Positions 1-9,752 of a stretch of 34,433 bases of DNA are shown piece by piece. Made by a program: the position numbers and the translations under genes. The notes beneath the pieces were generated by a model. The model worked only from the letters and a program-made list of their open reading frames with translations, did not search any database and was not told where the DNA came from. The DNA lies in assembly GCA_010015805.1 (NCBI GenBank), contig ML978130.1, positions 1,302,001-1,336,433 of the forward strand, in the 5' to 3' direction. Numbering within the stretch: the stretch's first letter is position 1; the number at the start of each line of letters is the position of its first letter. The DNA comes from Rhizodiscina lignyota. Its lineage: Eukaryota.

Positions 1-1265
1 CTTCTAATCCTCTTCTGATACATCCCCAGCTTCCTCTGGCATTGCTTCAGCAGCAATCGAAAGCGGCCGACTTTATCGAGTTCCGACGACAGGAACGGCA
101 GGGTGAAGCTTGAGCCGAAGCTGAGCATGCATGACTCCGAGGGTTTGTTGTATCCGAAATACGGCTTGGGATTCAGCGGGAACGATATGATCATTGGCTT
201 CCGCTCCGCAAGCGACACATTGGGATGTCGTTCCTCTTCAAGCTCCATCATTGCGAGCGCAACGAGAGCGAAGCAGGCGGCTCCAACCGTACCGCCAGCA
301 TTGCGGGTTATCTCCCTGAGATTTTGAAACGCACTGGGCGGGAGTTGGATGAGGCAGTGTCCGGTTTTGAGTGGTGGCCTACGCTCTTCAGAATAGTCAA
401 GCACGTCGGAATACTTTGGCTCAAGGGTTGGGAATGTTCGTTGCTCGTTTTGAAGCGGGTTTTCGAAGCCGGCTGGAAGAGGTCGTCTCACATGCCGAAG
501 TATTCGTGCAATGGCCCAGAACCAGCGTTGCCTCGCTTTGCTGCCAGGAATTTGTGGATACAAATCTTCCTGAGCGACGGGAAGGCGGGATTCTATCTCT
601 GTATGCATGCAATGCTTTTTCAGGTTCTCCAAAAGCTGATACTTCTTGGTATTGAGCAGCCGAATAAAGTGGGACATCCAATGGTAAGTAGACATCCCGT
701 CCGAAATCTCATGGCCGACGGTCAGGACAAGTTTTAGTGTCGCCTCTCCTTCCCCTCGTTGCTCCCAAGGTAGAACAAATAGTCTCGACAAGCATTTGGA
801 GGCATCCAAGACACGCGCCGTGTTTGCGCAATGATGGTAGAAGTCGTTGAGATCTACGGCAGTTCCACGCTCTTCTAAGAATGATAGATTCTGTTTAGCC
901 TCTCGGACTACTTGGTTCACATTCTCGGGTACCCCGATGACAAAGGACCTCTGCTTTTCTGGTCCCTCTTCGACGACTCGAGACATCAGCAGTACATGCT
1001 GAAGTCTCAAGCTTGCCCATGCAAGAAGAACCTTTAGTCGCAGTTGTGCATATGTAAGACGTTGATGCTTCAAATCCAGTGTCAACCCAAAGCTTATGTC
1101 GGCTCTGCCTTCACGGTCTGTTCCGTCATAGCTGAAGAAGTTTTCGACAAGTCCATGAGGTCTCTTGAACGTTGTTCGGCCTTCCTCGTCGACATCCGTT
1201 CGCCAGCGGTAGTAGTTCTTCGCGTATCTGGAGAGCCAATGAGCTTGTGTCGCTTCCGTCGCCAT
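1..1265 (-). CDS. Conserved fungal protein with CoA-dependent acyltransferase/condensation-like fold (HxxxDG); 3' end runs off the window
   Basis: Missing from the ORF track because there is no stop codon in the window. Reading frame from ATG 1265 to base 1: MATEATQAHWLSRYAKNYYRW...RPHGLVENFFSYDGTDREGRADI...LAWASLRLQHVLL...VGHEISDGMSTYHWMSHFIRLLN...QEDLYPQIPGSKARQRWFWAIARILRHVRRPLPAGFENPL...SFPLNPKPYFG...GRFRLLLKQCQRKLGMYQKRIR. HEISDG fits the HxxxDG catalytic motif. Confidence 0.8.
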   Translation of the reverse strand, partial: MATEATQAHWLSRYAKNYYRWRTDVDEEGRTTFKRPHGLVENFFSYDGTDREGRADISFGLTLDLKHQRLTYAQLRLKVLLAWASLRLQHVLLMSRVVEEGPEKQRSFVIGVPENVNQVVREAKQNLSFLEERGTAVDLNDFYHHCANTARVLDASKCLSRLFVLPWEQRGEGEATLKLVLTVGHEISDGMSTYHWMSHFIRLLNTKKYQLLENLKKHCMHTEIESRLPVAQEDLYPQIPGSKARQRWFWAIARILRHVRRPLPAGFENPLQNEQRTFPTLEPKYSDVLDYSEERRPPLKTGHCLIQLPPSAFQNLREITRNAGGTVGAACFALVALAMMELEEERHPNVSLAERKPMIISFPLNPKPYFGYNKPSESCMLSFGSSFTLPFLSSELDKVGRFRLLLKQCQRKLGMYQKRIR

Positions 1266-2297
1266 CTTTCAGATATCACCATGATTATTAGCGGTATTTT
1301 CGTTGAGATGGAGATGTGCGGAGTTTTGGTGGGTGTACATATGCACGAGATGTCGTGATGAGCCGACTCCGCCTTTCCTGTGCAACTGATTGGGGAACAG
1401 TGAAAATCTGACATCAATATATGTACCACCGGCCGCCAAACGTCCATTTTTGGAATGAAGTTTTTGAATTAGTCGATCGAATTGAGAGTTTTTCTACGTG
1501 ATCATTTTTCTCCGGTTCTTAAAGAAGTTTCCCGATCGGCAAGGCATCCAAATGGACAAAGCTAACAGCCGGTTTTGAAGACAATTAACGAGTACTAAAT
1601 CGAGCATTTATGAGCGCATCTAGTTTTATTCTCTCTACGTATCTAGAAATATTTCAGCTTTAATCCGTTATCCAGCCACATACTTTCACAAACGACCAAC
1701 CCTAACCCTAAGCCACTGCTTTACACGGACCGAACGTACCTAGCTATGACAACGAACGTCCGTTAATCTGCCTTTGAGAGGCCCACACCTGAGAAACAAA
1801 TCAACTGAAACGGACCGAATGGAGCAACAGCGGAGGAAAGCAAAGCCAACAGTTCTCCACATCCAGCGCACCTGCTCATCGGTCTTATTTCCGGGCTGAG
1901 CCCGTCGCCCCTCACTCCTATTGGGGACATTCCTCAACGTCAATCCTATTGCTTCCGGCGAATTCCTCTCCTTGGCTCCCAAGGAGCCCCAAACTCATGG
2001 ATAACAATAGAGAGAGCTAGTGCTCTTGTACATGAACTATCTGTTCCCTTCTCGTGCGGTAAGGCCCGCCACTCCGCCGTGAATACCCCGTGTGAAAGCG
2101 AGACAAGCGAGTATACATCCGAGTATGATTTCACTGCCCCGTAAGGCTGCTACCCGAATGCATCTGCGGAACCGTAGTGTTGCGGGGTCAAATTGGCCCT
2201 TAGGCGTTCGAAATATGTCCCCTCGAATGGAATATCTCCGCTCTATTCCCAGCTTCTTTTCTTGTTATCCTTTTGGTCTGACGCAATGGGTACGGCA

Positions 2298-2305
2298 TAT
2301 AAATA
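2298..2305 (+). promoter_or_regulatory. Putative TATA box of the alpha/beta hydrolase gene
   Basis: TATAAATA about 105 bp upstream of ATG 2409, with a CT-rich stretch between it and the ATG. Confidence 0.45.
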
Positions 2306-2408
2306 TTGCTCCTGTATCCCAGTATCCTAATCCAAGTATCTCCACTTCTCTTCTATATCGAGACTACATACACCATATCTAGACTGCGTACAGTTCATTT
2401 AATACATC

Positions 2409-3438
2409 ATGCCAAACACCAAGACAGTCCAGGTGCCCCTTCTGGGCGGCGTCACTGCCGCTTACCAGACTCCCTCATCTCAGCCGTCAATTGATCCGTC
2501 CAAGCCAACTCTTATCCTGGTCAACAGCTTCACGACATCATCTGAGCTGTACCAAAGCCAATATAACAACAAAGCTCTAACCGATGCCATGAATCTCGTG
2601 TCAATCGAGCTGCTCGGGCACGGCCAGACGCGCACGAAGAGGGAGAACTTCACCTACTGGGACACTGCAGAGATGAACTTGCAGGTATCACATGATCTCA
2701 CTCCCCTCTTACTTGGAAGCTCACACGCAGCATAGGTAATGGAGGCCCTTGGGATCAAGAAAGCCTTCGTTCTGGGAACAAGCCAAGGCGGCTGGATCAC
2801 CGTGCGCATGGGTACGTCAACACAATAGCCCCCTCCCTAACACTCTAATAATACGTATAAACACTCACCAACACTCCGTTTCAGCACTCCTCGGCCCGGA
2901 CGTTATCGAGGGCATCATCCCGCTGGGCACGTCGCTCGACTCCGAATCCGAGCGCACGCGCATGCACGGCTGCTGGAACGGGCCGAAGCTGCTGTCGGAG
3001 GGCATTCTCAAGGAGGCAACGTCGACCAAAGCGACGCCGGACTTTGAGCCTTCGACGGGCTACTGCGACTTTCTGATCGACATTGGCTTTGGGAAGAACT
3101 GCCCCAGCGACGTGCGTGATTTCTGGCGGAAGACGATTAAGAGCAACTACCAGGGCGACGACGGCAGGAGGCGAATCCGGATGGCGGGGATTAATCTGGC
3201 TGAGCGGGATGGGCTGCACGGGAGGTTGTCAGATGTCGTCTGCCCTGTGCTCTGGCTTCATGGCACGGATGACGCCGTCTACTCGGTTTCAAACGCACAA
3301 GAGGAGGTCAAACTGTTCACTAGATCACCAGACGCGCAGGTTGTGGTCGTGGACAAGGGCCAGCATTTCCTCAGCTTTTCACATCCAAAGGAGGTGGATA
3401 ACGGTGTCATCGAATTTGTGAAGAAGTACCACAAGTGA
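2409..3438 (+). CDS. Alpha/beta-fold hydrolase (~301 aa), 3 exons
   Basis: Exons 2409-2684, 2736-2811, 2885-3438 with GT-AG introns. Motifs: LLGHGQT, nucleophile elbow GTSQGG (exon 2), CPVLWLHGTDD (acid) and GQHFL (catalytic His). Confidence 0.92.
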
Positions 3439-3449
3439 GTTTCGTATTG

Positions 3450-3633
3450 GACTAGAGAGTCATGACATGAAAAGCATCATTTGATGCAAAAAGTCATGAC
3501 TGAACCTGGCAATTCAAGGTTCTGCAAAAGGAAAAATTTCCCCCAAAATCAAATCGACAAAGTGCACAACTGAATCGTTAGTGACTAGAGAGTCATGAGT
3601 ACCGTCCATTGGGTACCACCCGTTGATGCAAAA
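3450..3633. repeat. Degenerate direct repeat (~135-bp period) between convergent genes
   Basis: GACTAGAGAGTCATGA is exact at 3450-3465 and 3583-3598. TTGATGCAAAA follows at 3481-3491 and 3623-3633. Confidence 0.55.
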
Positions 3634-3976
3634 GTTCAGTCCACGCAAAGGTTCAATCAAAAGCAAAAATTCTCTCAAAGCAAGTCCGTCAACGCAAATT
3701 CAATGCAAAAAGCAAATTCCACGCCAAAAAAAAATTGTGATGGAAGAACGTCTCCTTCCAGTGAACAGTACGTGTGCCAGTCAATCTCAGTCTGAGAGCA
3801 GACCCTCCGGGGCGTCTGACAGCTCTGAATCGTTTGACACATCTTCCGCAGACGTTACAACCAGCGAACGACGGGCCGTGCGCTGTGTCCTGTCATTCGT
3901 AACTCGATTGCTCCTCCAGTTTCTCCCTGCGTAGTGGTAAGTCATCGTAATGGAATTTTTCCTCCGCCATGTCCCC

Positions 3977-6900
3977 TTAGCTCCGTAACTTACTACCACC
4001 GATTCCCAAGCCAGCTGGCACCGGGCTGCCGACACGGCTAGCAGGACCAAGTCGTGGGCTGCGAGGCGTGCTGCCTTGTCTCGTTCCCATGCCTCTTGTG
4101 TTCTGGATCGTCTCTCGCAGAGTCCGATTCTCCGCATTCATTCGTGTTGCCAGGGTTTCCCAGTCATAGCTCCTTAATTCCAATTTCTCAGTGTGTTCCA
4201 CCCAGGCCTTCTCACGGTCCACCATGATAGCCTTCTGCTTCTTTACCTGCTCATCCGGATCCTGGCGCTCTAGGGTGACAATGCGAGCCTTGAGGTCCTC
4301 ATTCTCGGTGCCAAGATTTGCAGCAGCGGAGGAGGCGTTCTGATACGCCGTGCGGGTGTATTCGAGTGTCTGGTCGTTGGACTTGAGTTTGTCCTGAAGC
4401 TTTTCCTTCTCTGCTTGCACTATCTCCACGCTCTTGCGAAGGCGTTCGAGCTCAGCGACTTCCGGTATCTCGGACGATTGCAAGGCCTCGGATGCGGCAT
4501 TGAGCTGCTTGCGAAGCTCCGTGCGCTCATCCTTGAGAGTGGCGATAGTGTTGTCGCGAGCTTCCACTTTCTTTTGGAGCATTTCGATCTGCTTTATGTG
4601 ACCATCACGTTCCTTCAGCGTTTTAACCAACTCCATGTTCTGCTCCTCATGACGGTATTGGAGATCTTCCATGTGTCCTATCGCTTCCAAGTACTTTCGC
4701 TTCCAATCTTCGGGGTCATCGGAGATGTCCTCGTTCACCTGCTTCTCCGTCTGCATATGCGTCGGAGCCTCAGTTGAAACGTGTGGAGAAACGTGTGGTT
4801 CTGTTTGAGGCATGGCATTATCGGCGGTGGTGGCTTGAGTTGGATCCGCTACAGTGTCGCTGATATGGGTGAGAGAAGCTTCAGCCGCGGTAGAGGTTGC
4901 TGGAGGTTCCGAAATGCGGGCACGCTTGTTGGGTTCGGTTGCAATCATGTCCTGTATCTAAATAGGTAAGAATATTGAGGACCCAACCTTTAGGAGTCAA
5001 CTTACAAATGGACGCTTCTTTGAACCTTGGTTGTCTGGGGAGTCTGATGCACCGTCTGATTGAGATAGGTCTGATTGAGATAGCTGCGAAAGCGGCTGGA
5101 AACCATTGATGACTTGCGGCTGTGGTATAGGCCAAGCAACGTTTGGATTCGATGTCTTGTCAATCAAATACTGCGCGACTTTGTCTGCTGCAGCGTCCGG
5201 TGCTGGATATCCGCGGAGCATCTTGCCGACATCTGCCCTCAACCATGCAGTTTTGGCTAGGATCTGCTGAAGGCGTTCAACTCCTTGATAATGCGATGGA
5301 ATGCAGCGCTCGACATGTTCGATGGTATTCGTGACGAATAAGAACACCACTGGCGCGAGTTGTCCAGGATTCATCACATGCTCTCTCAGTTCTTTCATCT
5401 TAGCAGATTGCAGATCTAGGTTATTGTCGAAGCTGATGATAACATCTGCAGGTGCAACCACCGTACCCCGGTCTTCACCACTGCTTGGCAGAAGAGTAAC
5501 CATGGGAGTAATCGAAGGATTGTGTAAGGTGCTTCCTGTATCTGGACGGCGATACGCAATGTTCCTGTTCTTTAGGTACGTTTCGAGTGCGTTAACAAGT
5601 CGTCCAGGCTTCGACATGATGGCGACGTGGAAGCTGGTACTGCTCAAAGCCACAAGAAATCGACCGAGGAAGGCGAACTTAGTGCTCTGCTCCTCATCCC
5701 GCTCAGCGAGTGCGACTGGATCAGAGTCGTATTGGGTCAGCGTCTCGGCGTAGTCTACCTCTGGATGATTTGCATAGTTCTCCAGGCGGTCGATCAGCTC
5801 TAGGACCTTTGGCAGTTTTGGATGATTAGGCTTCCAAAGTGTGGCGCAGAACTGCTCGAAAAGATCGCGATGGTTGTGCATGCACTTTCGATAGGCATCG
5901 ATAGCTGATGACCTATATGCCAGCGCAATGACATGATCTGCGGGACCCAAGTTTGGGAAAGGCCTAGCTTCTTCAGAATCGGTCATTGCTTCGTCAGAAG
6001 TCTCTGGTTGAATCTCAGATTCATCGGACGAGGGCTTGTCATGTCCGACGTGGCCAGTAGGCTTAACCAACTTGGGGCTAAAATCTGTAACCTTCGAAAG
6101 CGATGAGGGCTTCTCAAGTCGAGCTGCTTGTGGAAGTTTGTCAGGAATGACTGAGGGTGATCGCGTCGTGCCATCGGGAGGTGAAACAAAGCTCTTGCTA
6201 CCAGCTCGGCGCGTTGTGCCTCGTCCAGATCGGATAGCCGCCAATTGCTGTCCGAGCCGTACACCTATCGGCGTTTCTGATGACTCACCAGGTGTTGTGG
6301 TTGAGTTTTCCATACTGCGACGGTGCAAAGGCGATCGCGAAGGAGGCTTGTCGAAGGTAGCGGTGAATGGGGGGAGGGTAAATTTGCGAGTTGCAGTATC
6401 TTGCGTGTTTGAGAGCACTGTGTTGTTGCTGCCTGTAATATGTGCTGGAGATCCAAGCACCTTCGGACCGGAATATTCCCCTTCCGTAGAGATATCTGCC
6501 TGATCGACTGTGCGCTCTCCGCGAGTGAATGATGACAGTTGAGAATCGTGTTTCGGAGGAGGGCTGGTCTCGATCGACGGTACGATATCTCCAGCGTCAG
6601 TGCGGAGTGTCTCTGCAAAGTCCTTTTCTGCGGTGGCAGAGATACGAGATTCAGATGAAGCGCTCGTGGATGGACGGACGGGTGGAGATGATGGGTCGAT
6701 GATTGGGTCGCTTGTATCAGCTGCCTGGAGCTGGGTCTCTTTCGCGAACGGTGTGATGTCCTCGATTTGAGAGGAAGAACGCTGGTGGTTCGTGCTCGAG
6801 CTTGGAAGTTCGCCGCTCTGCTGCAGAGCAGACTGTGTCGATGGATGATAACTGGAAGAACCAGGCAAGCTTTGGGAGTCTGGTACGACCTTGGCTGCTG

Positions 6901-7597
6901 TGGTCGAGCCGGTACTTGCAGGAGCTCCTTCCGATGAAGAACGAGCCACTCCTGAGGACGATTGCGCAGCAATGAAGCCAGAGAAGCTTCGCCAGCTGCT
7001 AAGACCACGAGCAAAGCCGATTCGTGGCGGGACCTCAACGATCGCCTGCAGAGTCTGCCGTTCTTGGACGCGCTCCTGAGGTGATTCGAGTAACGGACGC
7101 TTTGTTGCTACCTTGGAGGAATCTCGTGTATCGATAGCGGATGCTTCTGGGGTGAGGTCAGGCGTCGGCTGAGACTGAGTGATGGCTGTCTCAGGGATTT
7201 GACCAGAGTCGGGAACAGACAACGGAGGCGAGCTTGCGATTTCCGTAGCAGGATGGCGGTTAGCAGGTGCGGGGCCAGGTGAGGAGGTGTCAGCGATTGC
7301 CTTATTGCCCTTCCTTTGCAGGATTTTCTTTCGGTCACGCCACTCTTTCTTCAATGCGGCGTTTGCATGGGATTTTGGTTCCCAAGTGGGCTTCCACGCT
7401 TTGCCAGTTGCCGGGTCAATGCCTGCCCAGTCGATGAGGAAACCCCTCGAGCCTTCTTCAAGAATAGCTTTCGCTTTGAATTCATGCGAGTCGGAGGTCT
7501 CGCTGCTGCTTGAGTCTTTTTTGGACTTCTTACGCGGTCTAGAGGACGTCGAATTTGTGATGGTTTGCTTCCTCTTCTTCTGTTGTTCAGGCGCCAT
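3977..7597 (-). CDS. Chromodomain + HDA1-complex subunit 2/3-like domain + C-terminal coiled-coil protein (~1190 aa), 2 coding exons
   Basis: Exons 7597-5006 and 4957-3977. The GTAAGT...TAG intron 5005-4958 joins the two ORFs in frame; an alternative CAG acceptor lies 6 nt further on. N-terminal basic NLS and chromodomain (FKAKAILEE..FLIDWAG..PTWEPKSHAN..EW), then a long S/T/P-rich linker, an HDA2/3-like block (ANHPE, STKFAFLGRFL, ADVIISFD, LAPVVFLFVTNTIEHVERC) and a long heptad-rich E/K/L segment. Confidence 0.85.
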
Positions 7598-8302
7598 CAC
7601 GCGTAGGAAGCTTTCAGTGTGCTACACAGAAAGCTGAAAGTTAGCGCCATGATTAGAGCAGAAGATGACGAACATGTACTAGAAAGTTTCAAAAGAACGC
7701 GAAATGGTTGTATCGCACGAAGATTATGAATGTGCCACGTGCTTTTAGGAAGTTGGAGTAGGTAGCTGGAGCTAACTTACGGGACTATCGTAAAATGCCA
7801 CGCGAGGGATGCTTCCGCTCGAAGATCTCCGCTCCGCTGGATGCCAAGGGCGAGTGGAGACTGCGTTCAATCGCCACTAATATTCTGCTGTATACCAACA
7901 GCTGCACGCGCGAACCCGATGTTTTTGAGAGGAGCTTGGTGAGTTCATCCAAAGTGCTGTGGAGGGTTTTCGTGCGCAGGTGTTGTTGTTGAGTGGAGAA
8001 AGGAAGAAGTGGTGCGCTCAGCAGGAGGAGCTTTCTTTTCGTACTCCAAAAGGCTTGTTTAACACCCGCGGATGTGCTGTCTCAGACACAAAATTACGAA
8101 ACGGGGCGTAATGGGCAAAATTATATGAGTCATTGCAATTTGGTGAATAGCATTTCCTCTTTTGTCTAGTGAATACGGCGGTTTCATTCGCTGTCACAAT
8201 GCTTCCAGCCCCCAACTAACCAACCACTCCATTTGCGGCAGCCGATTCAAGTGAAGTAGAATCCGCTTCCTTTGAATTCACTGCAAGAAAAGTTTGCAGC
8301 GT

Positions 8303-9285
8303 TTACTTGTTTTCACCATTTTGAGAGCGCTTACTACGCTCCTGCTCTCGCTTTCTCTCATGATCTCGTACAAGCTCTGGAGGGCTATCCTCGATCAAGT
8401 TGCTCTCCTGGCTTAACCCATCCCACTTAGGAAGTCCATCCGGAACGTCTACGACTCTCTGGCCGTAGAACATGTGGCATCTGAGTCTTTGATCAGCTTT
8501 GAACTGGAAATATAGAGACAGGTCCTGCCGTTTGCGCAAAGGACCTCAAAGCAAGGCACCATTATGGGCCTGTAAAGACAAGTTCTGATCCGAAATAAAG
8601 AGAGAGCGTTCAGCGTACCTTGGTTTAAAATTCTGTTTCACCTTCTCAGTATTCAAATGGATCAAGCTCGGGAACATGAGAATCATTCTGCGTCCCTCGT
8701 CCATGATCGGCGAGTGACAGTACGAGCAGCGCACTTTGCACGGCAGTTTATGCTCGATACTCTTCGAGGTCGGATCGTACCACTCCAGATTATGATGGCC
8801 GTCTGCAAAGTTGATGTCGTCCTTGTGGAAGATGGCTGCCCATTGGAACGGTGCAGCTACGGTTATTGCTGTTAGCATATGTTCCTTCGTTCGTAGTATA
8901 TCTGCCTGAAGGATGCATTTGTATGAAGCTTTTAACAATGAAGCGATCTCTTACCATGCTGCGTCTGACAAGTCGTACAATGGCATAACTTGCTATCCAG
9001 CGGTTCCTCTCTGCTTAGCTGGAATTTAACTCTTCCACAGTGGCAATTGCCTTCTAACTTGGCGTCAAAGTGCTCGTTCGGCTCGTGAGCACGGTACGGT
9101 GCACGCTTTTTCCATTCATTGGCTCCATGAGTCGTCTCCTCCCGCGCCATATCCTGATCCATTTTGATGGCTTGAGTGGGGCGAGTCCGATGAGTTGGGT
9201 TTAATGGGGACAGAACTGAGATGGCGCGCTTCGTGGTTATTAATCTGCACTGTCTGGTCGATTGGTGGAAAGACAGCTTTAGCAT
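8303..9285 (-). CDS. GFA/CENP-V (Mss4-like) zinc-binding protein, 3 exons
   Basis: Exons 9285 (or 9162)-8955, 8856-8619, 8480-8303 splice in frame. Motifs GNCHCGRV, LCHCTTCQTQHAAPFQWAA, RCSYCHSPIMDEGR, CHMFYGQRVVDVPDGLPKW. Confidence 0.92.
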
Positions 9286-9752
9286 AATCGAGAACAGAGC
9301 TTTAGAAGTCCATCATAGGCATTTCAAGTCAGATGGCAATGACTTTATGGGATTCTAGAATTTCAGCATTCGTTACGTTATGTCGCGTGCATTGCGCGCA
9401 CATCGCTTCAATGTTACGTCACGACCTGCATCTCCACCCCCCAGATTGCTCGAAAGAGGAAATCGATTACCACTGCAGATGCTCAACAGGGGAAAACCAA
9501 TCAGCCCCATCGGGAGCTAGAGTACTTCGTAGGGGCGAGCATAAAGATCTGGTGGCGAAAAGATAGGCAGGCACTGATCACGATGGCGCATATCAAGCAG
9601 GATCGTCGTTCTATTTTCACAAACCAAAAGCTAACCTAGCTATGGTACTGGCACAGGCACAAATGAAACTCCATGCAATGCTATTGAGCTCCCTCCGTCG
9701 AGGAGATCACCGAGACAAACGCAGAAGCGTGAAAGAAAACCCAAATCCGCTC

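Noticed and set aside
103..1447. ORF-track ORFs at 103-737, 421-681, 1044-1358 and 1094-1447
   Set aside because: They are antisense or off-frame shadows of the long minus-strand CDS 1265->1.
1698..1711. AACCCTAACCCTAA telomere-like motif
   Set aside because: Only two units. Too short to call an interstitial telomere; at most a telobox-like promoter site.
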